From positions 1 to 32,507 of IMG/VR virus record IMGVR_UViG_3300014656_000087: DNA of 32,507 nucleotides; one strand, written 5' to 3'. The position numbers and the translations under genes were made by a program. Numbering within the stretch: position 1 is the first letter of the stretch; every line of letters starts with the position of its first letter. Shown in pieces: positions 1 to 9,980 of this stretch. Under the pieces are notes generated by a model that had not been told where the DNA came from, searched no databases, and worked only from the letters and a program-made list of their open reading frames with translations. Origin of the DNA: a virus. Taxonomy: Duplodnaviria; Caudoviricetes.

Positions 1-180
1 AGTTGATGTGAAGGCGGTTGCCGTGAAACTGGCGGGCTTCCGCACTACCACCGTTGCCCCGATTGCTTGATACTCCTTTTCGTAGCCTCGGTGTACCAGG
101 TTGCCCATCACCATGTTATTCTCAAGGGCTATTAGTGCTTCCCTGGCCACGATGATTGGTGTGATTAGAGTCGTTGCCAC
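1..180 (-). CDS. Major capsid protein, P22 gp5-type coat (5' part only, runs off the window)
   Basis: Manual translation from GTG at 180 gives MATTLITPIIVAREALIALENNMVMGNLVHRGYEKEYQAIGATVVVRKPASFTATAFTST. This matches the N-terminal pattern of P22-type coat proteins. GGAGG RBS at ~189-193, directly after the scaffold. Confidence 0.85.
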   Translation of the reverse strand, partial: MATTLITPIIVAREALIALENNMVMGNLVHRGYEKEYQAIGATVVVRKPASFTATAFTST

Positions 181-195
181 TTTGTTTACCTCCGG

Positions 196-924
196 TTACT
201 TTTTCTTGCTCCTGTCGGCAACATACTCAGCGTACCCGTCTGGGTCTTCACGGGCTAACTTATCCAGTTGCTCGACAGTCCTGGGTCCTGAACCACCAGA
301 CCCTCTACCAGAATCAGGCTTCGGAGGCTTGGTTAGGTTAGGGATATTATCCCCCGGCTCTTTCTTGGGTAGAACCTTAGCCAATCTCTCCATAGCTTCT
401 TTTGAGCCGTCCGTCAGCGTGACAAGCAAAGATGAATCAACTGGATGGTCGGGGTCAGCAGCAGCTATATTATCAGCGAGCTTGGTTATCTTGTACTGCT
501 TCGCCTCTTCAACAGCTTCTGCCCACTCAGCCTTTTCCCTCTCAAGTTTAGCCGTAGCTTCCCTTTGAGCTACCCGTGCCTCAAAGAGGCTACGAGCATC
601 AGGGGAATCACCGAGGGACTCAAGCTCTGCCTTGTCAGCCCTCTTACGGGCTTCCAGAGCCTCCCCTTCCAGTGCATTGGCTCTCGCCTCAGCAGCTTGA
701 AGTGCCTTGGTAGTCTTCTGCCCCTCTTGCTCCAGTTGGAATATCCGCTTGTCCAGCTTAGACTGTCTCTCATCAAAAAGTTTGTCCGCCTGCTCCTTGG
801 TCAGCATCACTGGTTCAGTTGAATCCTTTTGACTCGTCTCCTCAGAAGGCATATCAACGACAGTCTCATCAACCTCATCGTCAACCACTGCATCCGTTGG
901 ATTGGTCTTGGGCTCCATTACCAT
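196..924 (-). CDS. Capsid scaffolding protein
   Basis: Acidic N-terminus, long coiled coil, KPDSGRGSGG motif and short C-terminal helix; directly upstream of the coat gene; GGAGG RBS. Confidence 0.8.
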   Translation of the reverse strand: MVMEPKTNPTDAVVDDEVDETVVDMPSEETSQKDSTEPVMLTKEQADKLFDERQSKLDKRIFQLEQEGQKTTKALQAAEARANALEGEALEARKRADKAELESLGDSPDARSLFEARVAQREATAKLEREKAEWAEAVEEAKQYKITKLADNIAAADPDHPVDSSLLVTLTDGSKEAMERLAKVLPKKEPGDNIPNLTKPPKPDSGRGSGGSGPRTVEQLDKLAREDPDGYAEYVADRSKKK

Positions 925-946
925 GGTCTTTACCTCCGTATTTTAA

Positions 947-3900
947 TTACCTTGTTAAACCTCTGCTTCTCTCTAAACCGCTAACAATATCCTCAGCTAG
1001 TTCCTCCCATCTCTCCTCCATTGTTGGGTAATATCGGCTTTGGGTAGCCGGTGTATAGTCAAATTTCAGTACCAGCCAAGCATCAAATTCAGGATACTTC
1101 AAGCGATATGCCTTTCTTTGAGTCCCTCTGGGTAAGGCAAGATATACCTGATACTGATGGAATACCTTTCGGGTAGGAACTTTACTAAGGTCTCTCTTTT
1201 CCTTCCACTCACCCAGGCCCACCATAGTGTCTTCAAAGTCTGCGTGTTCCATTAGCCACCAGTCATCCTCATACCATAAGTCACCTTCATCAAGGTAGTC
1301 GGGTTTCTTCAAGTCAGGGTTAGTGTAGTAATCTACATAGGTTTCTACCAAGTTATCGGGGAACTTCCCGTAGTCTGGTTTTGGCCCCGTTATACTGTAG
1401 GCTTTTCTTCTGTAAACATCCTTGTAGTATTCAGGGAGAGCAGCGTAGTATTCTTCCCTGGCTTGGGCAATCGCTGCGTTTCTTGCGTCGGGATTCTCAA
1501 TATTCACGAACCTTTCGGGGATTCCCGCATCATACTCCTCATCCTCTACTGCCCACTTTGCACTGATACGAAGGACGGGTTCATTCCAAGGTGTGTCAGG
1601 TTTCTCCCAAACCTCTAATTCCAAACCCTTCTCGTATAACTCAGGATGGTCAAGCATAAACACTTTAACTATTGGACTGTTTGGACTGGTCTCCCTGACC
1701 AGCGCTGCCCTATCTGTATAAAGTTGTATCAAAGTCTCACCAAAGCCCTTATTCCAAGCATCCCTCTTTTGGTCATCCTCCCAGAAGCCAGGGTTTTCAT
1801 TGTAGATGGTCTCTTTGCCAAAATCTATAAGAGCATCTTGCTTCTTATCAGGGTTCATCTTTGTCCAGTCTTCAGCAGAGATACCTTCTGGCGAGGGCAA
1901 CTTGTTTAGCTCCGCATCCGACATCTCCTTGAATGTATCCTTGACAGCCTCAAACTGCCGGTAAACATCGTTCCATTTCAGGCTTATCTTTTCTGCCTCT
2001 TCCTCAATCGGCTTCTGATTGTAAAACTTACCTGAGATTATCTCCTCTATTTCTGGATGTAAATACCTGAACACCCGTCTATCCCTTGCCTCCGCATCAT
2101 AGTAACCAGAGTCGCTTAAAGTGCGTTGTGCATCAATGAACTCCTGCATTAGCGGGCCCCAGTCAGTAAGTCCTATATTCCTATCTACATAATCCTCCTG
2201 CCCGATAGTCCACTTATCTCTTAACTCTGCTTCAAGTTCATCAACCTTCTCCCAGTCCATAACCCCAGAAGGCTTTAAGGCTTTGTCATACATATTATAA
2301 TACTCAACTAAGGCTCGTTTGTTCGGGTCGTCTGGTAAAATACCAGTATCCTTAAATAGTTCAAAGTCCTTATTTACCTGGGACTTCCTGTTAGCTATTT
2401 CCCTTTTAAGTCTACTGACCTCCACCCTGAAATCACGGGCTACATCAAATCGCTCCCCTCTTTCCTTGCTTTCCAGAGCCCCGATAAGTTCAGCTATTAA
2501 CGCCTCACCCCTAGTAATTCTTTCCTGGTCTAACTCATCCAGTTTTGAGAACCCTAAAGACCCAGGGTAATTCCTCTCAACAGATGCCACGCTCCGTAAA
2601 CCTAACTCGGTCTGTAGCTCCTCATTTGTAGCAAACTCCTTTTTCTGATGAGGTTCAAGGTCACTCCAGCTTTGAACTGGAGTCCCGTCTGCCTTGAGTA
2701 AACCGCTTCCCCTGGCGTATCTGTCAAGCATATCTAATGTATTCTGTGCCCTGACATTTAATCCTGTAGCCTGTATCAATGCTCCCACTACACCTATTCT
2801 CCCCTCAGCTTCGGGGAAGACTTCTCCAACTGGCGGCCATAACAGTCTGCCAGCTTCTACCAAGTTCCCGGCACCGATAGGCATAAAGAGGTCAACCAAA
2901 GCCTGCCTTGTCCTATCCTTCCAATCCGTGAGGTCTCTACCCCAGAAGTCTCTACCCTGAGCCTGATTCATTACTGCTCTGGGGAACACATTGACACGGG
3001 CTGTTAAAGCACTGGCTGGGTCTAATATCCATCTAAGGAATGTGTCCATCTGCCCTACAATATCAAGGTAGAGAGGTTGGTTATTCCTACCATTCCAGGG
3101 TAATCTCGGTGCCAGGAACTTATCGTTATAGGCAATACCCCAGGGCATTGATGACCACGAACTGCCAAACTTAACAGGCACATATCGGTCAGGTGGTAGT
3201 GGCTCCCCTTCAGATATAAGGTTTATAACGTTAGCCACCAATGCCAAAGTATAAAAAGTCGAAAGGGTAAACTCTTGCCAGTATCGTCTATTCTGACCTA
3301 CAAATGCACTTGTACCCTGCCTGATTAAGGATTCCGACTCATTGAAACTAAAGAACAACGCTCTAGCAGCTTCTCTCACAGCCGGCTGCTGTATAACGCT
3401 TTGCCACACTCCTAGAGTGCTGAATTGCTTATTAACTTCCTCCGCTGCTGACCCTGCAATCTGCTCAGTTGTCCAGGTGGGATGCAGCCTTCTCAATCTT
3501 GGAATAAAAACGTGTTCCAGAGCGAAGGCTTGTGATTCTCTATACATTCCATCGAATAAGCCCGCTTCAAAGAACCTAGCTACGGACGCTAATCTTTTAG
3601 TTACCGGGTCAGTAACTATAGTAACACCTTTTATCACCTGACCCATAGTGCTTACTGTCAGTCCTTCTTCTTGAGCTTCTGTAATAGTCCTCTCCAGATT
3701 TGCTCTGACATCCCTGCGAATCAGCAACTCGTCCTGCCCTAACTTCCAGCCCTTATCGGCCACCATTCTAAGAGATATATCAGAATCAACATATAGCGGG
3801 TCTCCAGAAAGTATGCGGGTTTCTAACCTAGCTCTACTAGTGGGACTGACTGATGACCACATCGCTCTAGAAACAAAAGCTGGCATCTTCAAAGGAACTC

Positions 3901-6900
3901 CATGCCTGATACCTTCTGGGGAAAAGGCTACTATTAGGTCCCGGGTTAAGAAATCTACGTGCTGGAATAAAGAAGCAAACAACTTAGCTCTTTTGGTAAC
4001 AGAGCCAAATGCTGAGATGGCTTTCCAAATGTTCACCCCTTTGACTCTAAACTCTACAGGCACACCATAAATACTCTCCAGCACATCGGCAACTCTATTA
4101 GGCACAGCTATTTTAGGTGTCATATAAGCCTTGCCATCCCTGACGTAAGGCTTACCTTCAAATGCTGGCCCAACTTTCGGAACTCTCCAACCATCCCTGG
4201 GTGCTTCGTGCTCGGCAATCGCCTTATTATGTGTCTTTAACCGTTTGATGAGGATACTGCCTTCTCTATACTCGGTTCCCGCCATTACCCTGAGAGCTGC
4301 CATATCGTAGGGATTCCAAGACAACGGCTCCCATCCAGCCTCAATCATCTCAGTAAAGGTCGCATCCACTCTAGGCTTTAAGAAACCCGGTTTAGCACCG
4401 AGCCTTAACCGTGCCCCTTCTTTTGGCGGTCTCCAACCTCTTGGGAAATAATCGGGATGTGCCATTAAAACTCTTGAAAATGTGGGGTCAAACGCCAACA
4501 TATCAGACGCTTCCTGGTCTAGTTCGGCTTTCAAGTGGTGATAAATAGGCTCAAGTTCGCCAGCGATTTCACCTTCCCCATGTAGTGCCTTGAACAGTTC
4601 AAGACTGTCTTCTTTAGTTAATCTTTGATTCATCCCATCCGTTTGGCCAATACCCAAATCCTTCAGGAATTTGCTGCCGCTTCTCCACCACGCTACAGTT
4701 TCAGTCGCCATCCTGTTTCTAGTACCGTCCCAAAGTCGTAAAGCGGCACGGCCAGCATCTTCTCCAGGGATAATACTGTTCGCCATATCATACAAGGAGT
4801 TTTCGGAGTTGTTGCCACCTGACCCAATATGCCCTATTGCCCCGGGTGGTATGTTGGGAGGTGGCAAGCCCGCAGCCTCGGCTTGAGCATTAAAGGCATC
4901 TTTACCCGCCCGCACAATATCCTCTTCAGGCGAAACCTCAACAAAAGCGTCCTTCTGTACTGCTTCAATATCTACATCGGGTGGTATTGAACCAACTACT
5001 ATCCATGCTAAACGTTGAGCTTCCCGTAGCGCAGCTATTTCATCCATATGCAAAGCGTTTAATGCACTCTCAGAATCAAAAACGGCACTTTGTAGTAATC
5101 CGCTATCATTGTATTCAATGGCTGTCTCAATATCATTTATAGCTCGTTTATTATTTCTTTGTTTAGCTACATTCAATAACTTCTGAAGATAATCATTTAT
5201 GGAATCAGCAGAAACATTACGGAATCCCTCCATTCTAGCTGGATGAGTAGTTAATTCTCGCAATTCTGGAGTCATGGCTGACAAAGATTCCACATCCTCT
5301 TTTGTGTATCCCTTAGATTCCCATTCCTTTATTTGCTCAGCAGGGGGAGCACCAAACATCCCCTTCTGTAAGCCAGCTTCAGGCATACCGGGTTCGGCAG
5401 TAGGTACTTCTGCAACCTCGGCTGGTGGGGGGGTGGGTGGTTTACTTACTGCCGTCTCCGGGTGGAAGACAACAACCTCATCACCTTTGGCTATTATATC
5501 CCTGGCTATTACGCCATCGTGTCCTCTACCCTCTAGTTCTTCTCTAATCTTGGTAGCCACAAAATCATCAATCTGTCTGGGGTCTACCATCCCTTCGGCA
5601 AGGGCTTGCTGCCTGAAGTTCCTACCCATATCTTGAAGCTCCGCATATTCAGCCTGTGACGTGATAACATAGGGGTTCTTCAAGGTAACAGCCGATGTCT
5701 CTACTTCTCCATAGGTTTCAGCATACTCACGGCTACTGGAGAAATATGTCCCCTTACCAAACAATCCCTCGTCTGTAGGGGCAACACCCTCTTTACTCCC
5801 CCTGTAGACCGTGGCTGTATATTCCTGACCAGTTTTTACAACCTCAGGTCTAACCTCAGGAGACGTTACCACAGCCTCTGTAGTCGGCGTAGGGGCTTGT
5901 TCCTCTCCCTGTTTGGATATATGCTCCCAGGCTAATGCCTCGATATTGTCCTGAGGTTTAATGATGGTAGCTATCTCTTCTTGCCTGACATCCTCGGTGA
6001 CTTCCTCCACCACTGTCTTACCCTCTGTAGTCTCAGCAAAGGTATCCATTGCCTTGAGGTCAGCCTGTTCATCGGAAAGCCCTTGCTCAATAAAATCAGC
6101 CTTATTAGCATCGAACTGCTCCAACTGCTCAGGGGTCATTCGAGCCTTGACCTTACTCTGGATAGTGGTAAAGACATTAGCAGCCCCACCGAGAGCCAGA
6201 CCCATCGTCCCACCAACTATCGCCACCATCTTCATTTCGTCATCCCAGACGACCTCGTCACCCAACGCTCTTTTAGAGGCTATCTCTTGGAGGACTTCCT
6301 GGCCTGCTTCAGTTAAGGCGATAGAACCAATCTTGGCACCAGTCCTTATAACTCGCACCCACCCCTTAGTAGTCAACTTGGTAAGAGTCCTGGCTGGTGC
6401 CGGCATAAAAGCAGCGAAGAACTCTAAGGCATTCGTTCCTGTTAGAACCTGCATATCCTTCCAGAAGACACTACTGAAGGCTTCACTGGCTTCCTCATCC
6501 GTAAAGTCTCGGCGCTTGGCTTCGTTATAAGTAGCCCCAGCTTCTATAACAGATTCGGCCACCGCACCACCTGTAGCTCCGAAAAGAATAGCCAATACTG
6601 TAGTAGCCGTAGCTCCCAAACCTAAGACCGGTGCTGCCGATGCTGCCAAGACAGCAAAAGGAATCATCGCCAGGGAGAAGGTCATCATCTCGACCCCAGA
6701 GGTCATCCAGAACTGGGGATTCCACCACTCGTCAGGGTTAAACGGCTCGGAGGGAGGTCGGCCAGATGTCAAGACCTCCCCTGCCTCAAAGAGGCTATTG
6801 GCCAAAGTCTCCTGTTTAGCCCACGTAGCTGCTCCCGCTCCCGCTTCCAGTAAGTTCCCTAAGCCTGCAAAGAATGACCTTCCTATCACACTATACCCAA

Positions 6901-8005
6901 CATCCTTCCAGACACTGATGTCAATGTCCTTCCACTTCTGAAGCCACTCCTCTGAGGTGAGGTCAAGTTTATTCAACTCGACAATCTTCTCAATCTCCGT
7001 CTCATCTACTCCACCCTGTCGTAATATACGCCTTCTGTCATCATCAGTAGGGGCAGGGGTATAGTTTTGTTTAGGCTCATCGAATATGGTATCAATCACC
7101 TCTTCTGTAGCCTGCGGCCATAGAGACTTAATCAGATTACGTGACGCCTCGGTATCTCCCCTCATCCATATTAACTGTAGGAGTTTCTCTGGGTTCTCCT
7201 GACCTAGTTCAAGGAAGGCATCGACATTTAATCCTTTGGGGAATACGCCATAAAAGAGGTCCTTAGTTTCCTCAGTCACCACAATCCCAGGTGCTTTTTG
7301 CGGCTCAAATATCTGCTCAATATCCGCTTCGTCAAAGCCAAACCGTTTCAGTAGCTGTTCTGTATCCTCTGTTCTCCCCTTCTCCCTGATACTTTCGATA
7401 AAGGAAGGGAAGTTATTCATCGCCTCTTCTAACACCGCTTCAGGAGTAAGGTCAGGGAAGACAGTGTTCATACTCTCGAATAACCGGGATTGTTCCTCTC
7501 CCACTGTTAGTTCAACGTCTAGTGGGCGTATAGGACTCCCCTCTCTTACCCACCTTCCGACATCAAGTGTGCCCCCAGTCCGCAGGTATTCTTGGTACAA
7601 TAAGCCTTCATCTGATGTTAAAGTCTCAGGTAATTCACCCAGCCTCTCCATCCCCGTATCCAGTTCCTCTTGAGCGAATGTCTCTACAACTACATCCTCA
7701 TCGGGAAGAGTCCCTTCGTCAAACAGTCTGTTATACTCATCTACCTGCCTATTGAGAGCATCCACAGCCTGGGAAAACTCGGTTATTTGAGGGAAAGCCT
7801 GAGCGAACTCAAGCTGCTCCTCTAAGGTGGCACCACGCTGCATCAGGAGGTCAAGTTTAATGTCCTCTCGATAGCCCAGTTCCTTCTCAGACAGGTATTG
7901 CTGCCAGATGTCACGGGAACCCTGAGCCTCACGTGTCAGCCTTCTTTGCTCTTCCTCAAAAGTAAAGTTTGGGTCTTTGGGATTTCTAGGTGCTTTAGAT
8001 ACCAT
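947..8005 (-). CDS. Giant (2352 aa) polyvalent / internal virion (DNA ejection-like) protein with hydrophobic segments and an ADP-ribosyltransferase-like domain
   Basis: Single long ORF between portal and scaffold. Gly/Ala-rich hydrophobic stretch at ~6550-6690 and an E-x-x-QE motif (TEAGQEVLQE). ART-like motif set YRG...GKGTYFSS...LKNP...GHDGVI...EVVVF at ~5455-5825. Confidence 0.75.
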   Translation of the reverse strand: MVSKAPRNPKDPNFTFEEEQRRLTREAQGSRDIWQQYLSEKELGYREDIKLDLLMQRGATLEEQLEFAQAFPQITEFSQAVDALNRQVDEYNRLFDEGTLPDEDVVVETFAQEELDTGMERLGELPETLTSDEGLLYQEYLRTGGTLDVGRWVREGSPIRPLDVELTVGEEQSRLFESMNTVFPDLTPEAVLEEAMNNFPSFIESIREKGRTEDTEQLLKRFGFDEADIEQIFEPQKAPGIVVTEETKDLFYGVFPKGLNVDAFLELGQENPEKLLQLIWMRGDTEASRNLIKSLWPQATEEVIDTIFDEPKQNYTPAPTDDDRRRILRQGGVDETEIEKIVELNKLDLTSEEWLQKWKDIDISVWKDVGYSVIGRSFFAGLGNLLEAGAGAATWAKQETLANSLFEAGEVLTSGRPPSEPFNPDEWWNPQFWMTSGVEMMTFSLAMIPFAVLAASAAPVLGLGATATTVLAILFGATGGAVAESVIEAGATYNEAKRRDFTDEEASEAFSSVFWKDMQVLTGTNALEFFAAFMPAPARTLTKLTTKGWVRVIRTGAKIGSIALTEAGQEVLQEIASKRALGDEVVWDDEMKMVAIVGGTMGLALGGAANVFTTIQSKVKARMTPEQLEQFDANKADFIEQGLSDEQADLKAMDTFAETTEGKTVVEEVTEDVRQEEIATIIKPQDNIEALAWEHISKQGEEQAPTPTTEAVVTSPEVRPEVVKTGQEYTATVYRGSKEGVAPTDEGLFGKGTYFSSSREYAETYGEVETSAVTLKNPYVITSQAEYAELQDMGRNFRQQALAEGMVDPRQIDDFVATKIREELEGRGHDGVIARDIIAKGDEVVVFHPETAVSKPPTPPPAEVAEVPTAEPGMPEAGLQKGMFGAPPAEQIKEWESKGYTKEDVESLSAMTPELRELTTHPARMEGFRNVSADSINDYLQKLLNVAKQRNNKRAINDIETAIEYNDSGLLQSAVFDSESALNALHMDEIAALREAQRLAWIVVGSIPPDVDIEAVQKDAFVEVSPEEDIVRAGKDAFNAQAEAAGLPPPNIPPGAIGHIGSGGNNSENSLYDMANSIIPGEDAGRAALRLWDGTRNRMATETVAWWRSGSKFLKDLGIGQTDGMNQRLTKEDSLELFKALHGEGEIAGELEPIYHHLKAELDQEASDMLAFDPTFSRVLMAHPDYFPRGWRPPKEGARLRLGAKPGFLKPRVDATFTEMIEAGWEPLSWNPYDMAALRVMAGTEYREGSILIKRLKTHNKAIAEHEAPRDGWRVPKVGPAFEGKPYVRDGKAYMTPKIAVPNRVADVLESIYGVPVEFRVKGVNIWKAISAFGSVTKRAKLFASLFQHVDFLTRDLIVAFSPEGIRHGVPLKMPAFVSRAMWSSVSPTSRARLETRILSGDPLYVDSDISLRMVADKGWKLGQDELLIRRDVRANLERTITEAQEEGLTVSTMGQVIKGVTIVTDPVTKRLASVARFFEAGLFDGMYRESQAFALEHVFIPRLRRLHPTWTTEQIAGSAAEEVNKQFSTLGVWQSVIQQPAVREAARALFFSFNESESLIRQGTSAFVGQNRRYWQEFTLSTFYTLALVANVINLISEGEPLPPDRYVPVKFGSSWSSMPWGIAYNDKFLAPRLPWNGRNNQPLYLDIVGQMDTFLRWILDPASALTARVNVFPRAVMNQAQGRDFWGRDLTDWKDRTRQALVDLFMPIGAGNLVEAGRLLWPPVGEVFPEAEGRIGVVGALIQATGLNVRAQNTLDMLDRYARGSGLLKADGTPVQSWSDLEPHQKKEFATNEELQTELGLRSVASVERNYPGSLGFSKLDELDQERITRGEALIAELIGALESKERGERFDVARDFRVEVSRLKREIANRKSQVNKDFELFKDTGILPDDPNKRALVEYYNMYDKALKPSGVMDWEKVDELEAELRDKWTIGQEDYVDRNIGLTDWGPLMQEFIDAQRTLSDSGYYDAEARDRRVFRYLHPEIEEIISGKFYNQKPIEEEAEKISLKWNDVYRQFEAVKDTFKEMSDAELNKLPSPEGISAEDWTKMNPDKKQDALIDFGKETIYNENPGFWEDDQKRDAWNKGFGETLIQLYTDRAALVRETSPNSPIVKVFMLDHPELYEKGLELEVWEKPDTPWNEPVLRISAKWAVEDEEYDAGIPERFVNIENPDARNAAIAQAREEYYAALPEYYKDVYRRKAYSITGPKPDYGKFPDNLVETYVDYYTNPDLKKPDYLDEGDLWYEDDWWLMEHADFEDTMVGLGEWKEKRDLSKVPTRKVFHQYQVYLALPRGTQRKAYRLKYPEFDAWLVLKFDYTPATQSRYYPTMEERWEELAEDIVSGLERSRGLTR

Positions 8006-8008
8006 CGG

Positions 8009-8158
8009 TTATATAACCCTCTTCTTTAGTTGTGGCAATTTGGGTACACTATTGGCTTGCTGCCTTTTAACTATCCGGCGCAGCCGTTGCATCCGGGGAT
8101 TGCGCTGTGTCCCAAGATTTATCTCAGTTTCAAGGAACTTATCCCAATCTTCAGCCAC
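8009..8158 (-). CDS. Small basic hypothetical protein (49 aa)
   Basis: GTG start overlapping the portal stop (TAGTG); MAEDWDKFLETEINLGTQRNPRMQRLRRIVKRQQ...; fills the gap to the giant gene. Confidence 0.6.
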   Translation of the reverse strand: MAEDWDKFLETEINLGTQRNPRMQRLRRIVKRQQANSVPKLPQLKKRVI

Positions 8159-9798
8159 TATTCTTCTCCTCCAGGTGAACCACCATCACCCCTACCACCT
8201 GTCGCCCCACCGAACATCGGTATTAACTGCTTCGGTTCCTGCTCCGGCACTGGCTTCTTGCCATTTGAACTTGCCCCAGAGAGTAACTCCTTCATAGTGA
8301 CGCCCATTTGTTTAGCAATATACCCTGCCTTAACCTTATCACCTCTTTCCCACAATGCCTTGCCGACATCATACATAGCTACCATCGGACTCATATCACT
8401 AGCCCTCTCAGCCAGTATCTTATCGTTCTCCTCATCTGGATTATCGAGGCGTAGATACTTGCGCCGTTTGGTATCCTTTGAAACAAGGCCTCCGACCGCT
8501 GCTGCCGTGCTGATATTGACCATGTCCTGTTGCGGGGAGGTCAGGTCAACAAAGAACTTCAAGGAAAAATCTTTATCCAGGTCTCGGTAGCTGTATTTCT
8601 TTTTGAAACCAGCCTCACCCAGTTCGAGATTCATCTTTAGTTGGATATACTGCTTGATAATCATCCGGTAAAGTCTTTGCCTGAACATAGTAAATCCCTG
8701 TATCCTGGGGTAATAGACAGGGTCTTCAGCTTCCTTCAATTGAGCGATACCCACTCCTGATGCCGGAGAAGGATATGTACCATAAGATACTTTGGGAAGA
8801 GCACCATTTTGCAGAGCCTCATCCAGTATAGAGTAGAAGAACTTGGCCGAGCTCTGTAAATCCTGGATTGGCATTGAGAAGTAGCCCTTTGAACCTATCT
8901 TCACCGGCGCAACAAACTTCTTGCCATAGGGCGGTAATGCTGGTTTCTTGGCAGTGGCCACATTTTCAACCTCTAATTGCAACCCATTGAAAAAGGACTT
9001 CGTGGTCAGGGACTGTAGAATAGTCCCAAAGAGATTCTTGGCCGGATACAGGTTGCGGTCGAGAGAAAAGATACTCTCCCCACTCTGGAGCATTCGGTCA
9101 TCGTCCATAAAGAATAGACCTGCTGGCACCACCTGGATAATAAAGGGAGGTTCACCCCAGACGTTCGCCTCTCTCTTTACCTCTTCTTTACCAACATAAA
9201 CTACTTCCTCCTCGCTATTCCAAAAGTCAGTGACTACAGCGTTCTTTCTGGTAACCTCAACGCCATACTCATCCTTGATATCCTCTTTGCTTCTGGGGAG
9301 TCTGTTAGCTACCCAGAGCAGGCCGTTGATGCCATACTCGTAACTCAGATAACGGGCATCAATCTGTAAGAATGAATCGGGAGCCAACTTGCCATCCTCT
9401 TCCCTCAAGGTTACTCGCCGAGCAATCCTACCCCTATCACAGGCTTGTAGTATCTCCCAGTCCTTGAATGAGGGGATGTCTCGATACTGAATAAAGGAAT
9501 CAGCCATAAGGTCAATAGCCCTGATAAAGCCCTCTATCAGGCTGGTGTCTTCATCCTTCAGCCCCTCGCCCTCCACTTCAGGGGTAATCCCAGCCCGGAT
9601 AATGGTATTGTGGACTCTATTGGCAAAGGTGGCAGCATCGTTCATCGTGATGTTATCTACATCCGGGTCTTCCCTATCATCCTTGTCCCGCATCACGTAA
9701 GAATACTGAATAAGGAGCTTCTTGTCCTCATCCATTCTGCCGTAGAGGTCGGCGAAGTCCTTTTCCTTATCAGTTACGAGTTTGTATTCGTCTGGCAT
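8158..9798 (-). CDS. Portal protein
   Basis: 546 aa, downstream of terL and upstream of scaffold and coat. Portal-like features include P-F-x-x-Q...GESIF, G...SGVGIAQL and a Gly/Pro-rich tail. Confidence 0.8.
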   Translation of the reverse strand: MPDEYKLVTDKEKDFADLYGRMDEDKKLLIQYSYVMRDKDDREDPDVDNITMNDAATFANRVHNTIIRAGITPEVEGEGLKDEDTSLIEGFIRAIDLMADSFIQYRDIPSFKDWEILQACDRGRIARRVTLREEDGKLAPDSFLQIDARYLSYEYGINGLLWVANRLPRSKEDIKDEYGVEVTRKNAVVTDFWNSEEEVVYVGKEEVKREANVWGEPPFIIQVVPAGLFFMDDDRMLQSGESIFSLDRNLYPAKNLFGTILQSLTTKSFFNGLQLEVENVATAKKPALPPYGKKFVAPVKIGSKGYFSMPIQDLQSSAKFFYSILDEALQNGALPKVSYGTYPSPASGVGIAQLKEAEDPVYYPRIQGFTMFRQRLYRMIIKQYIQLKMNLELGEAGFKKKYSYRDLDKDFSLKFFVDLTSPQQDMVNISTAAAVGGLVSKDTKRRKYLRLDNPDEENDKILAERASDMSPMVAMYDVGKALWERGDKVKAGYIAKQMGVTMKELLSGASSNGKKPVPEQEPKQLIPMFGGATGGRGDGGSPGGEE

Positions 9799-9801
9799 TT
9801 C

Positions 9802-9969
9802 TTACTCCTGTGGTTCTTTCACATCCTCTTTGTTGAGTATAGCAATCTTCTGGTTGATATAGTTTAGTGCTCCACTAATAGCCCTGGCCTGCGCTACTAA
9901 CTCTTCCCTATCCTTAAGGAGTTCAGTCAGGCTAATAGTCTTCTCTGTGTCATCGTGTTGCTCAGACAC
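9802..9969 (-). CDS. Small coiled-coil hypothetical protein (55 aa)
   Basis: Manual translation MSEQHDDTEKTISLTELLKDREELVAQARAISGALNYINQKIAILNKEDVKEPQE; G-rich RBS; packs between neighbouring genes. Confidence 0.65.
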   Translation of the reverse strand: MSEQHDDTEKTISLTELLKDREELVAQARAISGALNYINQKIAILNKEDVKEPQE

Positions 9970-9980
9970 TCAGTACCCCC

